DNA of 61,087 nt, counting the filler. It is 3 parts of 3 records of this genome, joined end to end, with 100 filler letters (N's around TTAATTAATTAA, not from the genome) between each part and the next. Parts side by side here need not be neighbours in the genome. Positions count along the whole stretch, not along the records: positions 30,803 to 61,087 come from SRR20825006_2462; 2 more parts are not named here. One strand, 5' to 3'. This document shows, piece by piece, positions 48,134 through 59,307 of this stretch. Positions within the stretch are counted from its first letter, which is position 1; each line of letters begins with the position of its first letter. The notes under the pieces were generated by a model. It did no database searches, was not told the DNA's origin, and saw nothing but the letters and a program-made list of their open reading frames with translations. The translations under genes and the position numbers were made by a program.

Positions 48134-50194
48134 ATGAAATATTTTCCCTGTGTATTATTTCTGCTCATCATGGTAGACATGATAGCACAAGATACCCAGA
48201 ACGATTCCATTACCCGTTTGGACGAGGTGGTGCTGACCCAGGATGCCATCCCCAAAAAAGCTACAGGCATAACGGTCTCCTCCAAAATAGCGGGGCAAAC
48301 TTTTGAACGGTTCAACCCTATCGATATTCCATCGGCCATCAACCAGATTTCCGGGGTCTACATTCTTTCCGGAGCCATCAACACCAACCGTATTACCGTA
48401 AGGGGCATGGGGGCGAGAACCCCTTATGGCACCAACAAGTTGCGAATGTATTTTAACAGCATCCCTGTGACCAATGGAACGGGTTCCTCGACCATCGAGG
48501 CCTACGATTTTGAGAATCTAGGCGCGGTAGAGGTAATTAAAGGTCCAAAAGCTTCAGCATTCGGGGCCAATCTGGGTGGTGCCATTTTACTGGATACCAA
48601 GGCATCTGTCCAAGATAGGACTCATCTCATCAATTCGTTCACGATAGGATCTTACAACATGCTCAAGGACAACCTGACCTTCTCCCATTCGGAGGATGGC
48701 CTTGATATGTCCCTTAGCTATAACCATTTGGAAACCGATGGCTACCGCCAGAACAGCCAGTTCCAACGTGATGGGCTACTCCTGAACACCAAATTGCGGA
48801 CCGGACAAAAAAGCAGTCTTGCCCTTTTGGTGAACTATATCGACAACACAGCGCATATCCCGAGTTCCATCAATCTTACCGATTTTGAGGAAGATCCTAC
48901 GCGGGCACCTTCAAACTGGTTGGAATCGCAGGGTTACGAAGCCAACAAGTATATTTTGACAGGTCTATCGCATACCTATCAATTTTCGGAACAGTTACAG
49001 AATACTACCAGTGTCTTCTACACCTATTTGGACCATTACGAACCCAGACCATTTGACATTTTGGACGAATTCACCAATGGTTATGGTTTCCGAAGCCGTT
49101 TTGCGGGCAATTGGGGAAAGGCGGATATCAGTTTTGGGGGCGAGTTCTACAGGGACGAGTACCATTGGGGCACTTTTGAGAATCTTTATGAGAAAAACAA
49201 TGGCAATGGAAGTCTGCAAGGCTCACAACTTAGCGACAATTCTGAATTTAGGAGACAGTTTAACCTGTTTGGAACCTTCACCTATCCTATCACTGAAAGA
49301 TTCTCCGGCCAAGTAGGCCTTAACTGGAACAAGACCCATTATGATTTTAGGGACCTCTTCGGCGATGGATCGGACAACGCCTCGGCCAAGCGTGATTTTG
49401 ATGCCATACTACTTCCGAACGTAGGGCTCTCCTATCAAATCAGAAATGGAAGCATCTATGCCAATGTCAGTAGGGGATTTTCCAACCCAAGTTTAGAAGA
49501 GACATTGACCCCTGGAGGTGTCATCAACCCGAATATTGCCCAAGAAACAGGAACGAACTATGAGCTTGGCACTGAATGGATGCTACTTCATAAAAAACTT
49601 GGGGTCAACCTTACGGCATACCGAATGGACGTGAAAAACCTTTTGGTGGCCCAGCGGGTCGGTGAGGACCAATACATAGGAAGAAATGCGGGAAAAACAC
49701 GCCACCAAGGTGTGGAAATCGACTTGCAGTACAGAGGAAAACTATCTTCATCCGTAACTTTTTCACCCTATCTCAGCTACACTCTTAACGACCACAATTT
49801 TGTGGATTTTGTGGACGGTGACAACAATTACTCGGGCAATCCGCTCACAGGAGTGCCGAAGAACCGATTGAGCTCTGGAATAGATTTTAGGCATTCCAAT
49901 GGTCTGAGATTGAACCTGACCCATCAGTTCGTGGACGACATTCCCATGACGGATTCCAATTCTATCAGCAGTGATTCCTTTAACGTGTTCCATACCAAGT
50001 TGGGGTTCCGAACATCGCTTTTATCCCATATCAGTCTAGGAATAAATGCCGGGGTCAACAATATTTTTGATACCAACTATGCCCAGTCCGTATTGATCAA
50101 CGCTGTTGGATTTGGTGGGGCACAACCTAGATATTATTATCCGGGCAATGGACGCAATTATTTTGGAGGGCTGCAATTAAACTATGTCTTCTAA
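48134..50194 (+). CDS. TonB-dependent receptor
   Basis: LDEVV TonB box, VEVIKGP...GANLGG plug and C-terminal YVF. Confidence 0.92.
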   Translation: MKYFPCVLFLLIMVDMIAQDTQNDSITRLDEVVLTQDAIPKKATGITVSSKIAGQTFERFNPIDIPSAINQISGVYILSGAINTNRITVRGMGARTPYGTNKLRMYFNSIPVTNGTGSSTIEAYDFENLGAVEVIKGPKASAFGANLGGAILLDTKASVQDRTHLINSFTIGSYNMLKDNLTFSHSEDGLDMSLSYNHLETDGYRQNSQFQRDGLLLNTKLRTGQKSSLALLVNYIDNTAHIPSSINLTDFEEDPTRAPSNWLESQGYEANKYILTGLSHTYQFSEQLQNTTSVFYTYLDHYEPRPFDILDEFTNGYGFRSRFAGNWGKADISFGGEFYRDEYHWGTFENLYEKNNGNGSLQGSQLSDNSEFRRQFNLFGTFTYPITERFSGQVGLNWNKTHYDFRDLFGDGSDNASAKRDFDAILLPNVGLSYQIRNGSIYANVSRGFSNPSLEETLTPGGVINPNIAQETGTNYELGTEWMLLHKKLGVNLTAYRMDVKNLLVAQRVGEDQYIGRNAGKTRHQGVEIDLQYRGKLSSSVTFSPYLSYTLNDHNFVDFVDGDNNYSGNPLTGVPKNRLSSGIDFRHSNGLRLNLTHQFVDDIPMTDSNSISSDSFNVFHTKLGFRTSLLSHISLGINAGVNNIFDTNYAQSVLINAVGFGGAQPRYYYPGNGRNYFGGLQLNYVF

Positions 50195-50677
50195 ATGAAT
50201 CCAAGAATACAAACTTTGCCGGTCACCATATTGGTCGGGAAAAAATCAATCACCTCCTTTGCCAACAATAACATCTTTGAACTATGGCAGGGCTTTTCTC
50301 CCCGTAAAAAAGAAATAAACCATGTTGTCAACAATGATAGCTATGCCATAGAAATCTATCCCACCACCACATTTTTTCAAAGTTTTGACCCAACCCTTCA
50401 GTTTGAAAGATGGGCGGCCATTGCAGTTTCGAAAATTGAAGAAATACCCGAGGGCATGGAAAGTTTGACCATTCCCGAAGGATTGTATGCCGTTTTTCCG
50501 TACAAAGGCAAGCCAAGTGAAGCGATAAGGGCCTTCAAATACATGTATGGCGATTGGCTGCCAAATTCCGAATACGAAATGGATAGCAGACCCTATTTTG
50601 CACTAATGGGTGACAAATACAAAGGGGAACATCCAGAATCTGAGGAGGAGTTTTGGGTCCCTATCAAGAAAAAATAA
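50195..50677 (+). CDS. GyrI-like small-molecule-binding protein
   Basis: IPEGMESLTIPEGLYAVF...WLPNSEY...RP...EEFWVPI. Confidence 0.88.
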   Translation: MNPRIQTLPVTILVGKKSITSFANNNIFELWQGFSPRKKEINHVVNNDSYAIEIYPTTTFFQSFDPTLQFERWAAIAVSKIEEIPEGMESLTIPEGLYAVFPYKGKPSEAIRAFKYMYGDWLPNSEYEMDSRPYFALMGDKYKGEHPESEEEFWVPIKKK

Positions 50678-50791
50678 AAAATCTTTTTGTCCATTTCAAA
50701 GTGTTAGGGTAAGTCGTTTACCAAAACAATGACCATACGTTACAAGGCATTTGTCCGTAATCCGTATCTTAGTTATACTTTTGCCAAGTAT

Positions 50792-51307
50792 ATGATTAGA
50801 AATTTTGTCTCTCTTGTAGTTTTACTATTGATTTTTTCCTGCACCGAAAAAGTACAGAAAGAGGTCAGCTCTATTGACCCAGTGAACTGGAGCAATAGAA
50901 CTGCTGCCATTTCAGTTCAAGACTCATTGATGAGCGGAACATCGTACCTATCCGTATACTCCGAAATTTATAGTGAAACGGAACACCGCACCCACAACCT
51001 TACGAGCACCATAAGCATGCGCAACACCAATCTAAGGGACACGATTTATATCAATAAGGCAGAGTATTTTGATACCAAGGGCAACCCTATCAGGACATAT
51101 TTTGATGAAACCATCTATATTAAACCGATGGAAACGGTAGAAATTGTGATTGATGAAAAGGACCGTTCCGGAGGAACAGGAGCCAACTTTCTGTTCCAAT
51201 GGTCCATTAAGCCCTCTTCCCACGAACCCTATTTTGAAGGTGTCATGATCTCCACCTCTGGCCAACAAGGACTCTCCTTTACCACAGAGGGCAAACGTGT
51301 GGAATAG
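50792..51307 (+). CDS. DUF3124 family lipoprotein
   Basis: Lipobox IFSC from ATG 50792; YLSVYSEIY, SMRNT, GGTGANF and GLSFTT. Confidence 0.85.
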   Translation: MIRNFVSLVVLLLIFSCTEKVQKEVSSIDPVNWSNRTAAISVQDSLMSGTSYLSVYSEIYSETEHRTHNLTSTISMRNTNLRDTIYINKAEYFDTKGNPIRTYFDETIYIKPMETVEIVIDEKDRSGGTGANFLFQWSIKPSSHEPYFEGVMISTSGQQGLSFTTEGKRVE

Positions 51308-51407
51308 CTGCTCCACACTTACAAATATCATAGTTTTACTCAACCGATTATAGTATCTTGTAGATACATTTTGGAAATTCCTTTCCATGTACACATAAGA
51401 ATTTACT

Positions 51408-53075
51408 ATGACAGATTTACAAATCGCCAAAGGTGTTTCGCTGCAACATATTTCCTCCATTGCTGAAAAATTTGGTATCGACCCTGACAATATAGAATTG
51501 TATGGAAAATACAAGGCCAAACTTCCCCTGAATGCCATAAATCGGGAAAAAGCACAGAACAGCAACCTTATTTTGGTATCGGCCATTTCCCCGACCCCTG
51601 CCGGTGAGGGCAAAACCACTATGTCCATCGGTCTTTCCGAAGGTTTGAACCGATTGGGGAAAAAATCTACCGTAGTATTGCGAGAGCCTTCGTTGGGCCC
51701 TGTGTTCGGAATCAAAGGAGGGGCCACGGGAGGCGGTTATTCCCAAGTGTTGCCCATGGAAGACATCAACCTGCACTTTACGGGCGATTTTGCTGCTATT
51801 GAAAAGGCGCATAACCTATTATCTGCCATAATCGACAATAACATTCAAAGCAAGACCAATTCATTGCTCCTGGACCCCAGAACCATAGGTTGGAAACGCG
51901 TTATGGATATGAACGACCGTTCGTTACGACACATCATCGTAGGTCTGGGCGGCACTAATTCGGGTGTACCCAGAGAGACCGGTTTTGACATAACCGCAGC
52001 ATCTGAAATTATGGCAATTTTATGTTTGGCGGAAAGTTTGAGCGATTTAAAAAAGCGATTAGGAAATATTTTTGTCGGCTATACCTACGATAAAAAACCT
52101 ATCTACGCAAAAGATTTGAAAGCCGAGGGTGCCATGACCGCTTTGTTGAAAGATGCCATAAAACCCAATTTGGTGCAGACCATTGAGGGAAACCCGGCCA
52201 TTATTCACGGTGGACCATTTGCCAACATTGCTCAGGGAACTAATTCCGTGATTGCCACCTTAATGGGAATGACGCATTCCGAGTACACGGTTACCGAAGC
52301 TGGATTTGGTTTTGACCTCGGAGCCGAGAAATTTTTCGATATCAAATGTCAAAGTGCCGGCCTAACCCCAAAAGCAGTGGTGCTTACCACTACAATTCGA
52401 GCCCTAAAATATCACGGAGGAGCTGATTTGAAATCGTTGACGGAACCCAACGTAGCCGCTTTGAAGAAGGGACTTCCAAATTTGGAAAAGCATTTGGAAA
52501 ACATCGGTAAGTTTAAAATGGTGCCTGTAATCGCCATCAACAAATTTGTATCGGACACGGAGGAAGAGATTGCCATAGTCAAAGAATTGGCGGCATCCAA
52601 AGGAATTCGGGTAGCCGTGGCCAATGTTTGGGCCCAAGGAGGTGAAGGAGCCGAGGAGCTGGCCAAAGCGGTCATTGAAATTGTGGAATCGGAAGCTTCG
52701 GCATTTAAACCACTTTACGATTGGAAATCCAGTGTAAAGGACAAAATAGCCACCATTGCTACCGAAATTTATGGCGCGGAATATGTGGACTATACCGCAA
52801 AGGCCAACAGCAATTTGCGTAAAATAACAGATTTAGGGCTAGATCATCTACCGGTTTGTATTGCCAAAACACAAAAATCGTTATCCGATAATCCAAAACT
52901 TCTGGGCAGGCCCAAGGATTTTATCATTACCGTACGGGAAATTGAAATTGCAGTGGGTGCAGGCTTCCTAATCCCTATCACAGGAGACATTATGCGAATG
53001 CCAGGATTACCAACACGCCCCTCATCTGAAGGTATCGACATTAATGATGACGGAGAGATTACCGGCTTGTTCTAG
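51408..53075 (+). CDS. fhs: Formate--tetrahydrofolate ligase
   Basis: TPAGEGKTT, KGGATGGGY, HGGPFANIA and IMRMPGLP. Confidence 0.98.
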   Translation: MTDLQIAKGVSLQHISSIAEKFGIDPDNIELYGKYKAKLPLNAINREKAQNSNLILVSAISPTPAGEGKTTMSIGLSEGLNRLGKKSTVVLREPSLGPVFGIKGGATGGGYSQVLPMEDINLHFTGDFAAIEKAHNLLSAIIDNNIQSKTNSLLLDPRTIGWKRVMDMNDRSLRHIIVGLGGTNSGVPRETGFDITAASEIMAILCLAESLSDLKKRLGNIFVGYTYDKKPIYAKDLKAEGAMTALLKDAIKPNLVQTIEGNPAIIHGGPFANIAQGTNSVIATLMGMTHSEYTVTEAGFGFDLGAEKFFDIKCQSAGLTPKAVVLTTTIRALKYHGGADLKSLTEPNVAALKKGLPNLEKHLENIGKFKMVPVIAINKFVSDTEEEIAIVKELAASKGIRVAVANVWAQGGEGAEELAKAVIEIVESEASAFKPLYDWKSSVKDKIATIATEIYGAEYVDYTAKANSNLRKITDLGLDHLPVCIAKTQKSLSDNPKLLGRPKDFIITVREIEIAVGAGFLIPITGDIMRMPGLPTRPSSEGIDINDDGEITGLF

Positions 53076-54613
53076 ATTTTCTGCAACCAATATCGCATAT
53101 CTACTTCTTTGGAGATAATGTCCTTCACTTCCGAAAGTTTCACGCGTTTTTGGTCCATGGTATCCCTGTGGCGAATGGTTACGGTATCGTCTTCCAAGGT
53201 TTGATGGTCCACGGTCACACAGAAAGGTGTTCCTACCGCATCTTGACGACGGTAACGACGCCCTACGGCATCCTTTTCATCATAATCCACATTGAAATCC
53301 CATTTTAACTCATCTACCAATTTTTGGGCAACTTCTGGTAATCCGTCACGTTTTAACAATGGTAGAACAGCAACCTTGTTCGGTGCCAGCACAGCTGGAA
53401 TTTTAAGTACGGTACGTGTGGAACCATTTTCCAGTTCCTCTTCTTGTAACGAATTGGAGAACACGGCCAAGAACATACGGTCCAATCCTATGGATGTTTC
53501 CAAGACATAAGGGGTGTAGCTCTGGTTTTCTTCGTGGTCGAAATACTGGAGTTTCTTTCCCGAGTATTCCTCATGCTTGCCCAAATCGAAATCGGTACGG
53601 GAGTGGATTCCTTCCAATTCCTTGAATCCGAATGGGAACTTAAATTCGATATCGGCCGCGGCATCGGCGTAGTGGGCCAATTTTTCGTGGTCATGGAAAC
53701 GATAATTGTCTGCTCCCATGCCCAAAGAAAGGTGCCATTTCATTCGTTTTTCTTTCCAGGCTTCGTACCACTCCATTTGAGTACCCGGTTTTATGAAGAA
53801 TTGCATCTCCATCTGTTCAAACTCCCGCATACGGAAGATAAACTGACGGGCAACAATCTCATTACGGAAGGCTTTACCTGTTTGGGCAATCCCGAACGGA
53901 ATCTTCATCCTTCCGGTTTTTTGTACGTTCAAAAAGTTGACAAATATACCTTGAGCAGTTTCCGGACGAAGGTAAAGGTTCATCGCACTATCTGCAGAAG
54001 CTCCCAACTTGGTGCCGAACATCAGGTTGAATTGCTTTACGTCGGTCCAGTTCTTTGATCCTGAAAGTGGACAGGCAATCTCCAATTCTTCAATCAGTGC
54101 CTTTACATCTGCCAAATCTTCATTGGCAAGGGATTTACCCATACGTTTTAAGATGGTATCAGCCTTTTCTTGGTAGTCCATCACCCTTTGGTTGGTGGCC
54201 AAGAACTGTTCCTTATCAAAGCTATCACCAAAACGTTTTTCTGCCTTGGCAACCTCCTTATCGATTTTAGCTTCAATTTTGGCAACATAGTCCTCGATAA
54301 GGACATCGGCACGGTATCTTTTTTTGGAATCTTTGTTGTCTATCAAAGGGTCGTTGAAGGCATCCACGTGGCCAGAGGCCTTCCAAGTGGTGGGATGCAT
54401 AAATATGGCAGCATCAATACCCACGATGTTCTCATTGAGCTGCACCATGGCCTTCCACCAATATTCACGAATATTCTTTTTTAGCTCGGCGCCGTTCTGA
54501 CCGTAGTCGTAAACTGCGCTAAGTCCATCATAGATCTCACTGGATTGAAATACATAACCGTACTCCTTCGCATGGGAGATAACCTTCTTAAAAATGTCTT
54601 CCTGATTTGCCAT
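53072..54613 (-). CDS. glyQS: Glycine--tRNA ligase (alpha2 type)
   Basis: YLRPETAQGIF, FRNEI, REFEQME, ELEGIHSR and ETSIGLDR. Confidence 0.97.
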   Translation of the reverse strand: MANQEDIFKKVISHAKEYGYVFQSSEIYDGLSAVYDYGQNGAELKKNIREYWWKAMVQLNENIVGIDAAIFMHPTTWKASGHVDAFNDPLIDNKDSKKRYRADVLIEDYVAKIEAKIDKEVAKAEKRFGDSFDKEQFLATNQRVMDYQEKADTILKRMGKSLANEDLADVKALIEELEIACPLSGSKNWTDVKQFNLMFGTKLGASADSAMNLYLRPETAQGIFVNFLNVQKTGRMKIPFGIAQTGKAFRNEIVARQFIFRMREFEQMEMQFFIKPGTQMEWYEAWKEKRMKWHLSLGMGADNYRFHDHEKLAHYADAAADIEFKFPFGFKELEGIHSRTDFDLGKHEEYSGKKLQYFDHEENQSYTPYVLETSIGLDRMFLAVFSNSLQEEELENGSTRTVLKIPAVLAPNKVAVLPLLKRDGLPEVAQKLVDELKWDFNVDYDEKDAVGRRYRRQDAVGTPFCVTVDHQTLEDDTVTIRHRDTMDQKRVKLSEVKDIISKEVDMRYWLQKI

Positions 54614-54649
54614 TGGGCAAAAATAGAATTTTACCCAAAAAGAAGTATG

Positions 54650-55546
54650 CTATTTCAGCTGAAATTCCGTCGAAGCCAGCAATCTTTCGTCCTCAAATAC
54701 ATTTAGGGTGTAAATTCCTTCTACCAATGAGCCTTCTGGCACCGTAATGGCATCACAAATACTGATTTCCTTTCCTGTGTAGACAATCTCCACTTTTTTG
54801 CTGTAAGTGTTCCCACTTACGGAAATAGTATTGGCGTTGTCCTCGATAATGGCCATATTGGGATCCAAAAACTGTAAATAGAGCACCTTGATGTCCCCTC
54901 TGGAGTCGGGATCGCTTAAAATGGTGACGCACCCTCTTAACTTTTCGATCACTGAAGCCTTGTTCGTTTTGATGGGCCTGCCCGCCCTTAACCTGAATCC
55001 ACTGCCCTCAGCATCTTGCAATTTGAGGTAACTTTTGATTCGGAGTTCCCGGGAGAGCTCTTTGTTGGTCTCCCTCAGCAAAGATTCCGTCCGCTGCATA
55101 TTGTTCGCCTTACCACGGAGCTCATCCAACTGCTTTATGGTTTCATCGTACTTGCTTGCCAACAAACTATTATTATAGCGTAAAAAGTTGTTCTTGAGCT
55201 TAAGACTGTCAAAACGCAGTTCCAATTTTCGGAGTTCTTTTCGAGTGTCCTTCAGCTTGGTAATGCTAAAGTTTAACCTTCCTACCGAGTCCAGAAGTTG
55301 CTGTACCCGAAAACGTGAGGTCTGTAGTTCAATTTCATTCACCTCGTTCAATCCCGATAACCGGTCGACCTCGGCCCGCATCAATGTCAAATCTTTTACC
55401 AAAAGTCCCTTTTCCTCTTCTAGATAGATCATTTGGTTTTTGGACTGTGCATAGCTGTAATAAAAGGCTATAAGTATACCCACGATGACCGCTGCCATTG
55501 CGGCAAAGATAATTTTGTAGTTGAAATTATTATCTTGGGAGTTCAT
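54650..55546 (-). CDS. Membrane-anchored coiled-coil hypothetical protein
   Basis: N-terminal TM, long heptad-rich segment and beta-rich C-terminal domain. Confidence 0.75.
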   Translation of the reverse strand: MNSQDNNFNYKIIFAAMAAVIVGILIAFYYSYAQSKNQMIYLEEEKGLLVKDLTLMRAEVDRLSGLNEVNEIELQTSRFRVQQLLDSVGRLNFSITKLKDTRKELRKLELRFDSLKLKNNFLRYNNSLLASKYDETIKQLDELRGKANNMQRTESLLRETNKELSRELRIKSYLKLQDAEGSGFRLRAGRPIKTNKASVIEKLRGCVTILSDPDSRGDIKVLYLQFLDPNMAIIEDNANTISVSGNTYSKKVEIVYTGKEISICDAITVPEGSLVEGIYTLNVFEDERLLASTEFQLK

Positions 55547-55579
55547 GGGGTTGACAGACTACTCTAAATTGTATAAGAT

Positions 55580-56290
55580 TTGATACCAAAAAGGTTGGCT
55601 AAGATAATAAACGAGATTAACAACATCCTATTGCCAAGGGTATGTTTTGGATGTAATGCCCAATTATTTAGTGGAGAACGTATTTTGTGTGCCGTTTGTC
55701 GACATGATGTGCCACTCACCGATCATAACTATCTGGAAGAAAATGCAGTGGACCGTAGATTTTATGGTAGAATTCCGATAAAAAAGGCTGCTTCTTTTGT
55801 TTTTTTTACAAAAAATGGCCTTGTTAAAAATTTATTGCACTGGTTAAAATACAAAAATCAGGAACAGATCGGAGGTTTTTTTGGGGAATGGTGCGGTGCT
55901 CTTTTAATGGAAAATGGGCAACTAAAAAACGTTGATGCCGTAGTACCTGTACCACTTCATCCAAAAAAACTAAAAAAACGCGGGTACAACCAAGTGGCCC
56001 TGTTTGCCAAAACCATTGCAGAGCAAATTGGCGCGACCTATTGCGATGATTGGCTGATCAAAACAAAAAACATAAAGACTCTTACCAAAAAGAATAGGCA
56101 AAGCCGTTGGGAAAGCTCAAAGGATGCTTTTACTCTGAATGCATCAAACCACCGGAAATATAAACATGTGCTCTTGGTGGACGATGTGATTACCACGGGA
56201 GCCACCATTGAATCTTGTACCAAAACACTTCTACAACAAAAGGGCGTATCGGTTTCGGTATTGACCATGGCCGTTGTGCCAGAGGGTTAA
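55580..56290 (+). CDS. ComF family phosphoribosyltransferase-domain protein
   Basis: CxxC pairs, VPVPLH...RGYNQ and LLVDDVITTGAT. Confidence 0.93.
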   Translation: MIPKRLAKIINEINNILLPRVCFGCNAQLFSGERILCAVCRHDVPLTDHNYLEENAVDRRFYGRIPIKKAASFVFFTKNGLVKNLLHWLKYKNQEQIGGFFGEWCGALLMENGQLKNVDAVVPVPLHPKKLKKRGYNQVALFAKTIAEQIGATYCDDWLIKTKNIKTLTKKNRQSRWESSKDAFTLNASNHRKYKHVLLVDDVITTGATIESCTKTLLQQKGVSVSVLTMAVVPEG

Positions 56291-56355
56291 AATTTATTAA
56301 TGCGATGCCCAAGTTTTCAAATTAGTTGTTTCTTTGTTCCACATTATTTTTAGGC

Positions 56356-57975
56356 ATGGTGTACTTAAAAAAACTGTTGGGACTTCTTTTTGTCACCTTT
56401 ATGGTGCTTGCCCTTTGGCAATGTGCCAAACGAGGTTCCCCAAGCGGTGGCCCCAAAGATATTACACCTCCTAAATTGGTGCGGGCGGAACCTGAGAACT
56501 TCAGTACGAATTTTAAGGCAACAAAAATACGCCTCTATTTTGATGAACTCATCAAACTGGAAGATGTGCAAAACCAATTGGTAGTTTCACCTCCATTTAA
56601 AAACCCGGCCACTATATCTCCCATGGGAGGGCCAAGTAGGTATATTGAAGTGATAATTAAGGATACGCTCCGCGAAAACACGACTTACACCATTAATTTT
56701 GGACAAAGTATTGTGGACAACAACGAAGGCAATCCCAATAGTTTTTTGAGCTATGTGTTCTCTACCGGGGATTATTTGGATTCCCTCACATTGAGCGGCG
56801 CGGTAAAAGATGCGATAAACAGAAAAGCAGATGAGTTTATCAGTGTAATGCTGTATGAAATTGACAGTGCTTACACAGATTCCACTATTTACAAACAACC
56901 ACCCTTATACATCACCAACACGGGTGATAGTCTTCCATTTTTTGAGCTCAGGAATTTAAAGGCAGGAAAGTATGCCCTGTTCGGATTGAAGGATGTGAAC
57001 AAAAACAATATGTTCGACCAAGGGCAGGATAAAATTGGTTTTATTGAGGATACCATCACGCTACCGACCGATTCGATTTATGGACTAAACCTGTTCCGTG
57101 AGCAATTGAACTACAAACCTTCTGTGCCCAGTTTGGCAGCGAACAACAAAATCATATTTGGCTATCAAGGCGATTATAGGGACATGGTTATTGAAACCCT
57201 AACAACATTGCCCGACTCGGTGAGTACGACCATCTTAAAGGAAAGGGACAAGGACACCTTAAATTATTGGTTTACCCCAACGGATTTGGATTCCATTATT
57301 TTTATGGTAAGAAATGATAAGGTTCAGGTGTTGGATACGTTCACGGTAAAGATGCGAAACTTGCCCATGGATTCATTAAAACTATCGGCTTCGGTGAACG
57401 GAAAATTCAATTTTGAGGATACCTTCAGCATTTTGGCCAATACACCGATTGCAGCTATGGACACCAGCAATATATCCCTCATGGTGAGCGATTCCATTCC
57501 TGCGACCTATACTTACGAACTGGATACCATCAGCAATAAGATAGATTTTGATTTTGAAACTGAGCCCAACCAAAAATATTCCTTTTCGTTGTTACCGGGC
57601 GCGATAACTGACTTCTTTGGCATCCAAAACGATTCTTTGGCCTATAACCTATCTACTAGTAGCTTTGCAGATTATGGTAATTTAACAATGATTTTGAGCG
57701 GAAACGTTACTTTCCCTGTAATTGTTCAGCTAACCAATGAAAAGGGTGAGGTACAACGGGAGATTTTTGCCACCGAACCCCAAGCTTTCGAGTTTAACAA
57801 TTTGAATCCGGGGAATTATGTGGCCCGTGTTATTTTTGATGAAAACGGTAACGGGAAATTGGATACGGGAAATTATCTTGAAAAAAGGCAGCCTGAAGAA
57901 ATCAGTTACTATCCCGGAACCATAGAAATAAGGGCGAACTGGGAAAAGGAGGAAACCTTTATCCTATCAAACTAA
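56356..57975 (+). CDS. Ig-like (Big_5) domain lipoprotein
   Basis: WQCAKRGSPSGGPKDITPP, IRLYFDE and TTYTINFGQSIVDNNEGN. Confidence 0.85.
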   Translation: MVYLKKLLGLLFVTFMVLALWQCAKRGSPSGGPKDITPPKLVRAEPENFSTNFKATKIRLYFDELIKLEDVQNQLVVSPPFKNPATISPMGGPSRYIEVIIKDTLRENTTYTINFGQSIVDNNEGNPNSFLSYVFSTGDYLDSLTLSGAVKDAINRKADEFISVMLYEIDSAYTDSTIYKQPPLYITNTGDSLPFFELRNLKAGKYALFGLKDVNKNNMFDQGQDKIGFIEDTITLPTDSIYGLNLFREQLNYKPSVPSLAANNKIIFGYQGDYRDMVIETLTTLPDSVSTTILKERDKDTLNYWFTPTDLDSIIFMVRNDKVQVLDTFTVKMRNLPMDSLKLSASVNGKFNFEDTFSILANTPIAAMDTSNISLMVSDSIPATYTYELDTISNKIDFDFETEPNQKYSFSLLPGAITDFFGIQNDSLAYNLSTSSFADYGNLTMILSGNVTFPVIVQLTNEKGEVQREIFATEPQAFEFNNLNPGNYVARVIFDENGNGKLDTGNYLEKRQPEEISYYPGTIEIRANWEKEETFILSN

Positions 57976-58735
57976 AGTTATCGCGGTCTTCTAAAAATCG
58001 TAGTTGCTTTCTGGTAGATGTAACATGCTCTTTGTTCAAGGTAGCATACAGGACTTCTTCATCCTGCGAAAAGGCCAACGGTTCTCCAAGTACATCGTAA
58101 ATCGCGGAATGTCCTGGATATTCATAATCCAATCCGTCGGTTCCTGTTCGGTTTACCCCAACACAGTATGCCATATTCTCGATGGCCCTTGCCTTAAGCA
58201 GTGTATCCCAGGCATTAATTCTCTTACTTGGCCAATTGGCCACATAGATCAGTACATCGTAGTCTTCCACATTTCTGGACCAAACCGGGAACCGAAGATC
58301 ATAACAGATCATTGGACAAATTTTGAATCCTTTGTATTCAAAAATGAGTTTTTCGTTGCCTGCTTCGTATACCTCATCTTCACCTGCCAATGTGAACGTA
58401 TGCCTTTTATCGTAGGCCTCAACTTTTCCGTCCGGTGACACAAAAAACAGCCTATTATAAAACTTTCCGTTTTCTTGAAAAACAATGCTTCCCATAAGCG
58501 CCGTGTTGCTTTGTTGGGCGATTTTTTTCATCCAATCGAGTGTTCCCTTGCTTTCGGACAATAATATCTTCTCGGGCTTCATGGTAAACCCTGTGGTGAA
58601 CATTTCGGGAAGTATAATCAAATCCACATCGTCTGAAATGCCCTCAATCTTTTCTTCAAACATTTTTCGGTTGCTCACTGGGTCCTCCCAGTACAAATCG
58701 GTCTGAATCAAAGCAAGGTTCAAAGTGGTGGACAT
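57959..58735 (-). CDS. Nitrilase-family amidohydrolase (omega-amidase YafV-like)
   Basis: LPEMFTTGF, YDKRH and ICYDLRFPVWSRN triad motifs. Confidence 0.93.
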   Translation of the reverse strand: MSTTLNLALIQTDLYWEDPVSNRKMFEEKIEGISDDVDLIILPEMFTTGFTMKPEKILLSESKGTLDWMKKIAQQSNTALMGSIVFQENGKFYNRLFFVSPDGKVEAYDKRHTFTLAGEDEVYEAGNEKLIFEYKGFKICPMICYDLRFPVWSRNVEDYDVLIYVANWPSKRINAWDTLLKARAIENMAYCVGVNRTGTDGLDYEYPGHSAIYDVLGEPLAFSQDEEVLYATLNKEHVTSTRKQLRFLEDRDNFSLIG

Positions 58736-59212
58736 CTAATATTTTTTTAAAAGTTCTTCCAACTCGGTGTTCCCTTGTTCCAAAACAAGGTCCATGGCGG
58801 TCTTTCCCCTATTGTCTTTTATGGAAGCATCCGCACCATGTTCTAAAAGCATTTCGGCGATATCCTTTCGGTTGAAGGTTACGGCATAGATAAGACAAGT
58901 GGCTCCCATTGCATTTTTTTGACTCACATTGGCTCCGGCATCTATCAATTTCTTGGCTATATCGGTGTAACCTTTAAAGCAAACTCCCATTAAGGCCGTG
59001 TTTCCAGAGCCATCCAAAGCATCGACTGTGGCCCCTTTTTCCAACAGAAACTCTACCACATTCTCATGTCCATAGTAAGCGGCCAACAGTAGTGGAGTAG
59101 AGCCTCTTTGGTCTTTGCTTTCCAAAAGTTTGGGGTTGCTTTCCAATAGGTTCTCAACAGCTTCTGAGTTCCCAAGTCGTATATTATCGAAGAGTTCTTC
59201 TTTATTGCTCAT
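58736..59212 (-). CDS. Ankyrin repeat protein
   Basis: GSTPLLLAAYYGH, GNTALMGV, GATCLIYA and GKTAMDL repeats. Confidence 0.93.
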   Translation of the reverse strand: MSNKEELFDNIRLGNSEAVENLLESNPKLLESKDQRGSTPLLLAAYYGHENVVEFLLEKGATVDALDGSGNTALMGVCFKGYTDIAKKLIDAGANVSQKNAMGATCLIYAVTFNRKDIAEMLLEHGADASIKDNRGKTAMDLVLEQGNTELEELLKKY

Positions 59213-59307
59213 AGGTGATTGAAAGTTATAAAAAAACTGCCATAACCGAGTGGGCCATGGCAGCATTTGCAATTAATTTTCTTTTTCTATCTTTTGCTTC
59301 GAACGGA

